From: an uncultured Nitrospinota bacterium
GTDB taxonomy: Bacteria; Tectomicrobia; Entotheonellia; J063; CAVPRW01
Direction: 5' to 3'
Assembly: GCA_963707985.1 (NCBI GenBank)
Contig: CAVPRW010000009.1
Span: forward strand, 96,001 to 160,000
Length of the DNA stretch: 64,000 nt
Shown here: piece by piece, positions 1 to 11,290 of the stretch
Layout of the letters: the number at the start of each line of letters is the position of its first letter
Position numbering within the stretch: the first letter of the stretch is position 1
Notes under the pieces: generated by a model
Database searches by the model: none
Seen by the model: the letters and a program-made list of their open reading frames with translations, nothing else
What the model was told of the DNA's origin: nothing
Position numbers and translations under genes: made by a program

Positions 1-484
1 AGCTGCCGAGAGAGCTGGGTGACGCTTTTACAAGACGGCTGTCGATCATCCCCCCGTCCGAGATGGTGTGATGTGATGCGAGGTGCGAAACTGATTCGTC
101 GTGACTAACGCCATGTGTCCGCCAGGACGGTTCATGACACACCATCGATGGTGGGAGCCCCGCTCTCCGGCCTTTTAAGGATGTCGAGACGGGCCTTGAG
201 CGGGCAATTTAATCTTGTCGCACGAAATTATGTCGATGATGATCTATTTGGCATGCCTCACAGTTGACGGCCGGACCAAAAGTGATTACATTGATTACAA
301 TTCCTCGCCGGGATAGCGGTTTGAAAAGCTTCAAGTCCTAACTGACTTGGCGCTTTTTTCATCGGCGACTCGGCGACTACAATTGATCGTCGTCGCAATT
401 TGGGGACACTCGGAATCACCGAAGCCCAGAGGGCCTTTTTGGCTCTCTGGGCTTTTTGGGGTCTTTTGTCACAGGAGGTCGTAG

Positions 485-703
485 ATGCACACGACCGTCG
501 TTTCGGTCCGACTAGCTCCGGCGCTGCTATCCAAGCTGGATGAGTTGTGTCAGGCCTGCGCCCAACGGCGCGCACACATGTTGAGGTGGCTCATCGCCAG
601 CGCCGGCCTGGAGGCGTCTGTGGCAACTCCTGCTGCAGAATGGCCCGGACACGTCGGCGCCCGATGTGGCAGACACAGAGGGCGCCAAGAAACATGCAAA
701 TGA
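485..703 (+). CDS. Small ribbon-helix-helix (CopG-like) DNA-binding protein, possibly degenerate
   Basis: AGGAGG RBS upstream; N-terminus VVSVRLAPALLSKLDELCQ...RAHMLRWLI fits the beta-helix-helix pattern. Confidence 0.4.
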   Translation: MHTTVVSVRLAPALLSKLDELCQACAQRRAHMLRWLIASAGLEASVATPAAEWPGHVGARCGRHRGRQETCK

Positions 704-780
704 CCACACATAACGCGTTGCACGTGACATCTCTCGTGGTTCGCGAGCGTCCAAACCAGTGCTCCCGCAACGGTTCGTGC

Positions 781-2048
781 ATGCTCAGTACAGCTCGTCA
801 TGAAAAACTACCCAAATTGGCTTGACTTTGAGGACGCATGCCGCTATTCCTGGGCCAGCCACCACCACACAGCTGGGCGGAGAATGCTCTGGCACGCGGC
901 CGGCAGTCATCATGGCGTCTCGTCCTCTCCCCTGAAGAGCGCCAGACCTTGGAACGGTGGCAACGATCGACCACTATGACGGCAGGGCGGGCACGCCGGG
1001 GGAAAATTATCCTGTGACTGGCCACGGGGTACTCCCCATCCGACGTGGCGCAGTCGGCTGGTGTGCAACGGGCCGTCGTCCGCACGTGGGCCACACGGTG
1101 TCTCGCCCAGCGCCTGGATGGCCTCGCTGACGCCCCCGGCCGTGGGGCCAAGGGCGGGTTTCCCCCCGGAAGTCGCGATCCACGTCGTGCGCCTGGCCTG
1201 CGAGCGCCCAGATGCGCTGGGCCGCCGTCTCTCCCCGTGGGATGGTGTCAAACGGGCGCACCACCGTATCGCGGAGAGGATTGTTGAGGACATCTCCGCC
1301 GCCACCGTGCGGCGGATGCTGGCCGACCATCACCGCAAGCCTTGGCGTCATCATCGCTGGCTGTATCCCAAGCACCCCCGGGACGCCGCCTTGTATACGA
1401 CCATCTCCGAGCTCATCGACCTCTACACGCACCCACTCCGTGCTGACGAGAGGGTGTGATCCGTGGACGAGAACACCGCTTTGCCGCCTCGTCCCCGCCT
1501 ATCCGCTACGCGGCCCGCTCAACCTGGGAACATGCCGAATCGGTACGCGCACGCATACAAGCGCCGCGGGGCCGTAAATTGATGTGCCGCCTTCGAGACC
1601 CGTTCGGGAACCGTCTATGGGCCATGCGACCCCCGCAAACGTCAGGCGGAATGCATCGCCTTTCTGGCACAATTGGACGGGGAGATTGACGAACACATGA
1701 CGACGATTCATCTCGTGTGCGATCATGTCAGTACACATCACGGCCAAGAAGTCCGCCACTGGTTGGTGAAACATCCACGCGTTGTGGTGCACTTCACGCC
1801 TGTTCACGGCTCCTGGATGAATCAGGTGGAGCAGTGGTGCAGCATCTTCCAACGCACACGCGTGCGTATCGCTGATGTTGCCTCGAAAGACCATCTCCAA
1901 TCCAAGATCGACCAGTTCCTTCGTGAATGGCATGAGCACGCACATCCGTTCAACTGGTCCACGAAATCCGTGGCGAAGGTCATGGCCAAGGTCCCTGCCA
2001 TGGCCGCATGATATTGGATACTCAATCATGACGAGCTGTACTGAGCAT
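781..2048 (+). mobile_element. Degenerate IS630-family insertion sequence
   Basis: Perfect 23-bp inverted repeat ATGCTCAGTACAGCTCGTCATGA (781-803 and 2026-2048) enclosing IS630-type transposase fragments. Confidence 0.85.
889..2011 (+). pseudogene. IS630 transposase pseudogene (HTH + DDE)
   Basis: LSPEERQTLERW...GLADAPGRG, frame change near TTTCCCCCC (~1160), then SVDE...IHLVCDHVSTH...HFTPVHGSWMNQVEQW; several in-frame stops. Confidence 0.85.
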
Positions 2049-2439
2049 CGGTCGTGCGGCATACATGCCTGGGGTGTTTCGGTCAGTCGGCTCGTATACC
2101 GTCGATGTCCATATTAACGGGGAGAAGGTGACCAGGGGGTTCTTCGAAGTCTATGAATGGGCCCGTCCCAGTGACGGCGCAGACCTCCGTGGTGGTCGAG
2201 GAACTTAAGGCGTAACAGAACTCCCGGCCTCGGTGTCGCTGCTGATAGGCGCCTCCGAGCAGCCAACCGCCCGGTGATCACTGCTGGACCGCCGGGGCCA
2301 GGGCTGACACCGCAGGCGTGAGCCCTGGCGTGAAGGTGCCCAGGAGGACGGAGGCTAGGCCTCAATGGCGCGCGAAACAGTCGAACCAGACCCCGACGTA
2401 CACGGAAGGTTAATTTTTTCAGACCGACCTGTCCCTCAA

Positions 2440-2751
2440 GCCCTAACCTAGCGAAGGGCGATTTTTTGGCCAAGTAAGGCCGCTCTGGGGCTCAAAGCGG
2501 CAGGGAATCAATCCGTCGTGATGGCCCGAACACGTAAAACGGCGTTTCAGGCGGCGGGAAAGTGCGTAGAAACCACTTACTGCGAAGTTTTGAGCACACT
2601 GAAGAGTTAAACCTGAGTCAAAAGACAGTGGAATGAGGGCGAAATGCGTGGTCAAACGGGGAACACGAACTTTTGGCGCGTATTCCGGCACCGTGGGGGG
2701 CGTCGCTCAGTGTCTGCCTGGCCGAATTTTTGGGCTTCGCTAGGTTAGTGC
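2440..2751. mobile_element. Putative MITE-like non-autonomous element (~310 bp)
   Basis: Terminal inverted repeats GCCCTAACCTAGCGAAG / GCACTAACCTAGCGAAG (16/17); same end sequence recurs at 30081; no credible ORF inside. Confidence 0.5.
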
Positions 2752-2990
2752 CCCTCACTCGAAACGCGCCCACGCCACTCGCCAGTGGTGACAACCCCAG
2801 CCGTCCCACGCTCAGCCCCCCCAGGCCTTGTTTCATCATGGTGCCATGAGTATCACCCCAGGCAGAAATCTCTCGGCCCAGTTGACCATGACGGCGAGGC
2901 AGCCGCAATCCCTGCAACGTCTGGATGAACCTGGACCACTACGATCACGCATGTGATCCAATGCGCCCAGATGGTTGCCATGTGGTGTGA

Positions 2991-3170
2991 CATTGACGTG
3001 ATCGTCGTCACCAACATCGTCTTCTCGCCCTCAGATGCATCGATCACAGCCGCCTGAAGGTCATCCCCAGAGATCGGGTGCGATCGGCGTATCGAGGCCA
3101 TCGTCATCACCGGCAGCGTCGTCTCGCCCTCAGGCGCATCGATCACAGCAGCCTCAAGAGCATCACCAGG
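2991..3170 (+). repeat. 99-bp-period repeat, locus 1 (about two units)
   Basis: TCTCGCCCTCAG..GCATCGATCACAGC at 3023 and 3122 (spacing 99). Confidence 0.75.
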
Positions 3171-3255
3171 TGGAGTGTCCGCAGATCTGCTCCACGGATG
3201 TGGCCGTTTTCATCTGCAAAATACATCTCGTCGTGGAGGTACCATGCGTCGCGGC

Positions 3256-4260
3256 TCAGCGGATGACCTCTGTGGCTTGGAAGAGGAGCGAAGGCGGGAT
3301 CTTGAGGCCCAGCGCCTGGGCGGTCTTGAGGTTGATGACGAACTCAAACGTGGTGGGCTGCTCCACCGGCAAGTCGGCGGGCTTGGCCCCCTTGAGGATC
3401 TTGTCGACATAGGTGGCCGCCCGCTGATAGGTGTCAAGCTGGCTCGGCCCATAGGCCATGAGGCACCCGGCCGCCACCGACTGTCTCCAGTCGCACATCG
3501 CGGGCAGTCGATGCTTGACGGCGAGGTCGGCAATGCGTCCGCGTAGCGGGCCGATCAGCAGCGCGTCCTCAAGCACGATGAGCGCCTCCGCCCCCGCGCG
3601 GGTCATCGCCGCAAAGGCGGTGTCCAGCTCGTCCGCCCGCCGCACCTCCACCACGTGCAGGTGGAGATCCAGCGCCCGGGCGGCCCCGGCCAGGTTGTGC
3701 AGCAGCGGCTGCCGGGATTCATAACCCAAACTGCCCGAATGCCACAACACGGCGATCCGCGTGTGCTGGGGCACCATTTCTTTCAGGAGCTCCAACCGCT
3801 TCGCCGGGAGCTCCGTCTGCAGGAAGCTCAAGCCCGTGATGTGCCCCCCCGGCTGCGCCAGGCTAGTGACAAACCCTTCCATCACCGGATCATAGGAGCC
3901 CACCATCACGATCGGGATCGTGCGCGTGGCCTGCTGGGCCGCTCGGATCGCGGCAGTGCCCGCGGCCACCAGCACCTCCACAGGGAGCCGGACCAGCTCG
4001 GCCGCCAGCTCGCGGAGCCGCTCGTCGCTCCCCTCCGCATAGCGGGACTCCAGGACGAGGTTCTGGCCCTCCACATAGCCGAGATCGCGCAGCCCCTGCC
4101 GGAAAGCCTCCAGATTGAGATCAGGCCCAGCAGGAGGGTTGCCGCTGATGAGCCGACCAATCCGATACACGGGTGGCGCTGGCTGAACCTCGGCGGTGAG
4201 CGGCACAAGCGAGAGACCGAGGGCCAGGGTGATCAGAATCCCGATGAGGCTGCGCGTCAT
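3256..4260 (-). CDS. ABC transporter substrate-binding protein (ABC_sub_bind/DUF534-type)
   Basis: Signal peptide; AFRQGLRDLGYVEGQNL, SLAQPGGHITG, YVDKILKGAKPADLPVEQPTTFEFVINLKTAQALGL; GGAGG RBS. Confidence 0.92.
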   Translation of the reverse strand: MTRSLIGILITLALGLSLVPLTAEVQPAPPVYRIGRLISGNPPAGPDLNLEAFRQGLRDLGYVEGQNLVLESRYAEGSDERLRELAAELVRLPVEVLVAAGTAAIRAAQQATRTIPIVMVGSYDPVMEGFVTSLAQPGGHITGLSFLQTELPAKRLELLKEMVPQHTRIAVLWHSGSLGYESRQPLLHNLAGAARALDLHLHVVEVRRADELDTAFAAMTRAGAEALIVLEDALLIGPLRGRIADLAVKHRLPAMCDWRQSVAAGCLMAYGPSQLDTYQRAATYVDKILKGAKPADLPVEQPTTFEFVINLKTAQALGLKIPPSLLFQATEVIR

Positions 4261-4390
4261 GGGAACCTCCTGAGGTCACGGACGTGTGGGGGTATTCTGC
4301 GTGCCACAGGTCGGAGAGGGAAATCAAATTTTGCAACATGACACGTCCCAATCCATGGAGCAGATTCTGCGGACACACCATGACGTGCAA

Positions 4391-4445
4391 CATCGACGTG
4401 ATCAGCGTCACCACCATCGTCTTCTCCCCCTCAGATGCATCGATC
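4391..4445 (+). repeat. 99-bp repeat family, locus 2 (partial unit)
   Basis: 50/55 identical to 2991-3045 by manual alignment. Confidence 0.75.
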
Positions 4446-4656
4446 GCACCATCCTGCAACGCTCGTCAGAGCTTCCTTGACGCTGGTGGGGAGTAAAGCC
4501 GGCCTTGTCCGGGATACATCAGTTCGACGAGTACCCGTGCCGTACAGCGGCTGGAGGAGACCCCGAACGCATTAGAGATCAGGTGTTCACATCACTGGAG
4601 CCACCTCATGCTGCTGCGATCCGATGCAGTGCCTTGGTCGGGTGACACGTGCGCAT

Positions 4657-5517
4657 TCATGGCTTGCCTGGCGAAATACACCACATGAACGATTGCACAT
4701 CAATCATGTCTCGTGGCAAGAGTCCTACAAATTCCGCCTTCAGATAATTCGCAAATGCCAATACTGATGCATATGTACGCCAATTGAGGTTCGGCCGATA
4801 GTGGATGTCAAAGCCCGAGATCGCTGCGGTCTTTTGCGTGACGAGAGGCTTCAAAAACATATGCTCTTCCGGGTAGACGATGAACAGAAAGTAGGTGGCG
4901 ATAGGCCATTTCGCCGCACCGATACTCTCCAGTATATCCGCGTATCTCTCGAATCTCGGCTGAAGGTCGTCGTCCCCGTAGAGGAGGTGACACAGTGCCG
5001 TGGCAAAAGCCGGCTGATGAACCGGCGACTGAAGACCATCCTCCAACGCCATCTTCTCATTCGGGAAGATCAAGTTGGTCGCGCAGGCAACAGACACCGC
5101 GCGGCGACACACCTCGGCATCATCGTTCACTGACAGCAAGCGAGCCCGTTCACGTTGGTTGAGGAGGTTCTGTGCTTTCTCATGGGCTCCAACTTTAGAA
5201 TCGCGTTTCTCTTTCACGAAACGCTCATCGGAGAACCCTTTGGGATATCGTTCACGAAATCTCTTAATGGACTCAAGCAAGCTTTGATACCGATGACGCC
5301 CGCCCTTCGCAGGCGCGTGGCGGTTGTCGAGAAGAGGATGAGCCACCTCGTCTGTCGGAATGCAATTGAGCGTGACATATTTGAGGGAGAGCGTTTTTTC
5401 ACCGGCTCCTACGAAGAATACTCGGACCGTCTCGCCATTGGAGTCTTCAAGAACCTCACCGAGACCCCACTCGGCTTGGTCGGGATGTTTCACTCGATCT
5501 GCTTGCTTGAGCGACAT
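4657..5517 (-). CDS. DUF3553-like protein (N-terminal Tudor/SH3-like domain + helical domain)
   Basis: RVKHPDQAEWGLGEV...VFFVGAGEKTLSL; C-terminal AKWPIATYFLF...PRDMIDVQSFMW; alternative start 5544. Confidence 0.6.
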   Translation of the reverse strand: MSLKQADRVKHPDQAEWGLGEVLEDSNGETVRVFFVGAGEKTLSLKYVTLNCIPTDEVAHPLLDNRHAPAKGGRHRYQSLLESIKRFRERYPKGFSDERFVKEKRDSKVGAHEKAQNLLNQRERARLLSVNDDAEVCRRAVSVACATNLIFPNEKMALEDGLQSPVHQPAFATALCHLLYGDDDLQPRFERYADILESIGAAKWPIATYFLFIVYPEEHMFLKPLVTQKTAAISGFDIHYRPNLNWRTYASVLAFANYLKAEFVGLLPRDMIDVQSFMWCISPGKP

Positions 5518-5739
5518 ACTTATACCCTCGTCAACGCGAACCATGGAGTCCCAGGCAAATGTGCCCTGATATCAGGCGATGGGCCGATATGTCGAGCTCC
5601 CTCACCGGCGCGCCACCATTCACGACTAGCGCGCATTATAGCGTATGCGCGGCTAGGGAGTCGTGCCTCTGAATACGGTCGGCTTCATGCCGCACTGGCG
5701 GAAAGGTCATGATGACGAGGTGTGCGCCGCCTGCCGTCT

Positions 5740-5990
5740 CACCCTCTCCGACACAGTCCTGACAGCATGCGTCACACACATTATTGATGGAGATACCATT
5801 GATGTGGAGCTCCAGGCACGGCATGCATGGGTGCGCTATATCGGCATCCATACCCTTGAGACAAAGCATCCCAGCCGTGGCATCGAATCCTATGCCCGTC
5901 AGGAGGGTGCGGCTGTTCCGGAATGTCCCATCGTCCTGTATGATCCTGGACAATCGCTGGCGGCGACGCGGAAGGATGGATGTTCTCGGG
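5740..5990 (+). pseudogene. Thermonuclease (SNase-like) fragment
   Basis: VTHIIDGDTIDV...VRYIGIHTLETKHP resembles the DGDT / RLIGIDTPE motifs; degenerates after that. Confidence 0.55.
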
Positions 5991-6500
5991 TAGAGCCATA
6001 CCAGCAATCCCTACGATTGAGGGGATGCTGGCCACAGGTGGTCCGTATCGGCGCACCCATTGCGCGCATTGACAAATCAGTTGTCTGCCCAATTGCCCCC
6101 AGGCGTAAAGCCTCTGTCCGCATTTATCGCAAAATTCTTTGAAATGATATTCACCAGTCATAATAGAACCTCTCCTTATCCTATTGGGTAGTATTCGAAT
6201 TTCGAGTCTCATAATATATATGGTGGCACATCTAGAGAGCATTCGGCTAGGATTAAGAATCAGAGTGCGTCATCATTTTCGCCATCCCTTTCGGTCTGCA
6301 CGCCTCGTGATGAAGACTTCTCGCCTCCCCCCGTACCTCAAGTTATCCACTTTTTCGCCATAACCGCCCCTAGCGGCAAAATTCACAGATACCTATGTGG
6401 CGTCCGTTTTGGTCACGCGTTATTGACAACACCATCAAGACGCCACTACACTCACCGCCACACGGCCCACTGACATTCGATGCTGAACGGCAGAACGCCG

Positions 6501-6848
6501 ATGGATGAGGCCACGCCTGCAGCCGATCCACCCAAAAAGCATTGCTTTATCATCACCCCCATCGGGCCTCCCCTCTCATCGATTCGACGCGCCGCCGACG
6601 GCCTGATTCGTACCGTCATCAAGCCTGTCCTAGAAGAGCTACAGTTCGAGGTCTACATTCCGCACGAGATGGCCGACCCTGGCTCGATCACGCGCCAGGT
6701 GATCCAACATCTCCTTGATGACGATCTAGTGGTCGCGAACCTGACCGGGCTGAATCCGAATGTCATGTATGAGTTAGCGGTCAGACACGCGACCTTACGA
6801 CGCCACGTTCGCAAGTCGGTACGCCACCGACTGGTGTATACCAAATAG
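6501..6848 (+). pseudogene. Nucleoside 2-deoxyribosyltransferase-like domain protein, 3'-truncated
   Basis: CFIITPIG...[38 protein letters not shown], then loses similarity. Confidence 0.65.
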
Positions 6849-7120
6849 AAGCAGTAGGCTCGGTGGAGCAGGTACAGCAATTCCTTCAGATCATGACCGC
6901 CAGGGGATACAAGCTCACCGATGAAGGGTACAGACATGATTTGGTAGACTCGTCTCTATGGGCAATTTGCTTTGCAGTCGCGAATCCTCCGCTGCCAGTT
7001 GCACATGTCTCCCAAGCTGCCAAGGCATCCGGACTCACCCTCGTAGCCGCGAACGCGAGAGCATCTAGTTAACACAGTCCCTTCTCGATTTGCACGCTAT
7101 CTCCTATTGCGGTTACCTGC

Positions 7121-7293
7121 ATCGGTCTTCTCGTCCCCAAACACATAGATCACCTCAGCCTGAAGACCATCCCAGGGAATCGGATGTTATCGGCGCATCG
7201 ATGTGATCATCGTCACCGGCATCAGATTCTCGCCCTCAGGCGCATCGATCACATCAGCCTGAAGATCATCCCAGGGATCGGGTGCAATCGTCG
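7121..7293 (+). repeat. 99-bp-period repeat, locus 3 (about two units)
   Basis: GATCAC.TCAGCCTGAAGA at 7148 and 7247 (spacing 99); shares core with 2991-3170. Confidence 0.75.
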
Positions 7294-7862
7294 CGTGGTG
7301 GGGCCGCTCATGGGCATCGCCCGGCTTCATGGCCTCATCCCCCGACAGTCTCGCCCCCAATCCCTAGCGAAACCCCGACAGGCCGAGGTGCCGCCGTCTC
7401 CAGACCACGGGTTCGTCGGGCCAGTCGACGGAGTATGCCAGCAGTAACCTGTACGGAAAGCACCACCGCCCTTTCATTGGGGCAGCAGGCTAAAGCCTTT
7501 GGCTCGATACTCGACAACATGGATGGCCACCTGTGCCGTCAGAGGCGATGACCGACCCACCATCGGCTGAATCGATCCACACCTTGGCGCCAGGGATGTG
7601 ACCGATTGATGGGGTCAGACGATCACCGCAATGACAACATCCCTCGACAAGATCGGAGCGCACCTCGGCACGGGAGTGGGGGGGTCGGATGTCGCGTGCG
7701 CCGCGTGCGCGCTCCCCTGGCCCTTTGGTGCTCCGTGACATCATTCCGTCGATCGAGGCGTGCGCCCCCGCTCCGCTCATCTCGGATGGCTCCGGCTTGA
7801 TCCGTGCCGTCTATGTGCTATAATACCATATATAGTGATATCCACTGAAAGGGGGTGAGGGT

Positions 7863-8423
7863 GTGCGAGTCTTGCGCCCACCAACATTGATGCAGTGGGG
7901 TTGTGCTCATCGGTGGAAAACGACCACGACGCGGCCGGGCCAGGATGACGTGGTGCGGATGCGCTATCTCACCTGCCGGCGCTGTGGCCTCAAAGTGAAG
8001 ACCCATGAGCGGCTGGAGGTGCCCTGGAATGAAGCCGATCTGGTTGACCAGGTGAAGGCGTTGCTGCCCGAGGGCCAGGCCGTGGCGCTGCGAGACAAAG
8101 GGATTACCGAGCTGCCGTTGGCGCGGCTGAATGCTCGACTGGCGCCGCATGGATACGTGATTCACGCCAGCAAGGGCCGGGATCGCACCCGTCTGGTCGC
8201 ATGTATGGATCGCGATGGCAAGCCGACGCCCTATGGGGTGTTTGAGCTGCGACCGATGCCGCCGGAGGCGTCAGGACGCAAGAATGGCACACGGGTCCAG
8301 GAGGAAAATCGCTCTCTTGTTGCGCATCGGGACGCAGAGCCAGTTGTCAGAAAAGCAGTGGTAGGAAGGAAAGGAAGCGCTGATGAAGCCATTGCCGTCC
8401 CAGGTGGTGAACCTCACGAGTGA
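7863..8423 (+). CDS. Hypothetical protein with a possible Zn ribbon (mobile-element type)
   Basis: YLTCRRCGLKVKT; directly upstream of the recombinase; start uncertain. Confidence 0.35.
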   Translation: MRVLRPPTLMQWGCAHRWKTTTTRPGQDDVVRMRYLTCRRCGLKVKTHERLEVPWNEADLVDQVKALLPEGQAVALRDKGITELPLARLNARLAPHGYVIHASKGRDRTRLVACMDRDGKPTPYGVFELRPMPPEASGRKNGTRVQEENRSLVAHRDAEPVVRKAVVGRKGSADEAIAVPGGEPHE

Positions 8424-9665
8424 GGTCAAGTATGCAGCCATTTATGCTCGGGTGTCGACTGAAGACCAGGGTAAGGGCTTCTCCATTCCCATCCAATGGA
8501 GCAGGGACCGGAGGGCTGGCTCTTCTTTCAGATGCGCGGAGCCCTGGCGGAATATGAACGCGCCAAGATTCTGGAGCGCATGAAGCGGGACCTCGTCGGA
8601 CGTGCCAAAGCCGGCCATGTCGTGGTAGTGCGGTTGCATTTGGATATTGCTATATCAGGGAAGAGCATGGAGGACGGTGGGAGATTGATGAAGACGAGGC
8701 GGCCGTGGTGCGTCGCATCTTTCGCTTGTGCTTGGAGGGCATGCCGACGCGTGCCATTGCGCGCCTGTTGACGCAGGAGCGCGTCCCGAGCAAACACGAT
8801 CGCCATCCAGCACTCGCCGGGCGGAAAGCGGCCGGTGCGGGTGAATGGCATGCCAATACGATCCCTGGACTCTTACGCTATGAGGGCTATATCGGCCGCA
8901 TGTATTACAACAAGCAGAAAGCGGCTGGAAAGACTCGCCGCACGGATCGGCCCAGAGATGAGTGGGTGCAGGTCGGAATCCCCACGATCATCGGAGACGA
9001 TGTCTTTCAGGCTGTGCAGGACCAACTCGCGCGCAATAAGGCGCTCGCCCAACGTAACCGGAAATATGACTACCTCTTTGTTGGAGGACGCCTGCACTGC
9101 GGCCGATGCGGTCGCGCCATGACGGGCGAAGCTCCCCATGGGGTCCGACGCTATCGCTGTTCGTCGCGTATGACCTTTGCTGATCCCTCCAAGCGTTGCA
9201 AGGTATATGTCAATGCTAATGATGCCGAAGGACGTGTTTGGCAGGCCATTGAGCAGGTTCTGCAGCAACCGGAGATTATTACGGCCGAGGTCAACCGGCA
9301 ACAGGCAGGGGCGGAAGAGCAGCGTACGGAAATCCTGCGGGACATCTCACGCATCGAGGATACCCTGGCCACATGTGACCGGGAAGAGCAGCGGTGGGCT
9401 CAGGCCTATGTGGCTGAAGTGATCAACCTGGAGGAACTAAAAGGGTAGACGAACCTTGACAACATTGGGCACGCGTTAGAACATGTCGAGGCGTTGATGG
9501 GATATTGTGCGCGTGTGCGCCAGCAATTGCAAACCTTCGATCCTACCGAGAAACGGCAAGCGTTCGAGGCCCTGAATGTTCGGATCACATGGACACCGGG
9601 GTAACCCTTGGCGATTGAAGGGACAATCCCTTTAGGTAAAATTGTGCCTGTCCTACTAGAGAGCC
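8383..9665 (+). pseudogene. Large serine recombinase/integrase pseudogene
   Basis: AAIYARVSTEDQ catalytic motif, ALAEYERAKILERM, recombinase domain VRRIF...RAIARLL, Zn ribbon LHCGRCG...YRC, coiled coil; deletions, frameshifts and stops. Confidence 0.88.
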
Positions 9666-9700
9666 ACAGATGCCTGCATACTCCACCACACATGGAAAGC

Positions 9701-10081
9701 CTACCAGGTGTCGGGCTGGACCATGACAAGGCCGGGCACCACCCGGTAATGCTTGACGTTGAAGGTACACAGAGTTGCCGATGAGCCAGTGGCGCACGCC
9801 GCAATCAGGGCATCGAGCAAGCCCACATGGTGCGAGAGATGATAGGCAATAAAATCGGTCGGGGCGCGCTGGCAGTCAGCGGCGGTCGGCCACACCACCG
9901 GCGAGGGAGCGACCAATTTCTACGACTGCCGCACCTGGCGGCCATTCTGAGCATCCTGAATCAGCTCCATGACCCCCAAGCTCGGGAATGCGGGCAGTTC
10001 CGTGAGCGTGGCAAACCACGTCAGAGCTGGGACATACTCCCGCTGGATGTCAATCAGCACGTCGGTATCGAGGAGGTACAC
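9701..10081 (-). pseudogene. PIN/VapC toxin, frameshifted near 9920
   Basis: YLLDTDVLID...MELIQ in one frame; GLLDALIAACA...LCTFNVKHY in another. Confidence 0.75.
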
Positions 10082-10345
10082 GGACTTTTCCCTGAGTCGT
10101 CTTTCCGCTTGGTGGCATATCTGCCGTGCATGCGCTTGGCTATCGGTGATATCTAGCCGCGTCCCAATGACACCCTCGCGTTGCCAATAGGCGACGAGTT
10201 CTGCACCAGTCGTTGGCAGCTGACCGACAAGGGACCTTGTGGAGAGGAGACGCAGCACATGCTCAGGGAGAGACAGCCCCAGTTGGGTGGCTTCAGTCGC
10301 CAGTTCACTTTCCAACGCTTGTGGCAAGTCAAGCATGATACTCAT
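10082..10345 (-). CDS. Putative antitoxin of the PIN toxin; reads through in frame into the toxin
   Basis: AGGAG RBS; MSIMLDLPQALESELATEATQLGLSLPEHVLRLL; no stop before the PIN motif. Confidence 0.55.
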
Positions 10346-11050
10346 GGATGGTCTCCTTGTCTGGACTCGTACAACCATCTGTTTGTCCTACTGCCTACAT
10401 GAACCTCTCCATTGTATGCCCTTTGGGTTTGTGAGACGATACAGAGTGCCGGCCGAACTCTTGATTATCTAGAGATGTTTCCACAGAATCGTCCCCAACG
10501 ACCATGCAGAATAGATCAACCTCCTCTCCCTCTAGGCCTGTTGATATGGAAAATCTTCCGCATCATAGCCTAAACACCGAGCTGATATGTCGAGAATTTC
10601 GGTATCAGGGCTCATGGCAGGCAACGGCCTGAGGATGGGTTCAGATGAGTCGGCGGAATTCCCTACCAGTGTCAAAGAAGTCATGGCCATGTTTGCGATA
10701 GAAAGGTTGAGAGCACCATGAAGCACGAATTGGTCAGCTATCACCTGGTTTCAGTTCAATCCTAAAAACCCCATCTAAGGTGTCACGGCCTGTGCCCATC
10801 ACCTGCGAGAGTTAAGAATATCAGCATCGGGCGACGACAGGTAGGTATCCCGCGCGCATCTGGGTCTGGTTCGACATCTCATCCGCTTGGGCGGGGATGT
10901 GACCGTCGAGGCTTGCGCCGGCGTCCTCTTGTACACCTTCGCGCCTCGGCTCACATAGGCGGTGTCATCGGCCCCTCACGCTACTTCGCCGTGAATCGGT
11001 GCGACACCTTAATCTGCGCTTGGTGGGCGTATGATCTACTCGTCTTCAAC

Positions 11051-11290
11051 TCATGGCATTAAGAGCTCCGTGCCGGTTTTGATGTACCACTGTTCTCCCG
11101 TGTCGATCGTGGTCATCTCTTGATGGGATATTTTGAGCTCAGCGATGGTTTTAGGATGCGTTATCCGATTACGGATTTTCTTTACCTTTAGCCGACAGTT
11201 CCATCCGTGATCGCTGAATTTGGGTCGATAATCTGGGTTCAGCGCGCGGGCATAAAACAACATAGAAGAACGTAAATTGGAGCCCACCAA
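11051..11290 (-). pseudogene. C-terminal fragment of a HEPN-like protein
   Basis: IRNRITHPK (RxxxxH) in an AT-richer patch; no convincing start. Confidence 0.4.

Noticed and set aside
2991..7293. 99-bp repeats as a CRISPR array
   Set aside because: Units are degenerate along their whole length, there are no unique spacers, only about two units per locus, and no cas genes
10776..11011. 9-bp inverted repeat TAAGGTGTC / GACACCTTA as element ends
   Set aside because: Too short, with no other copies or transposase to support it
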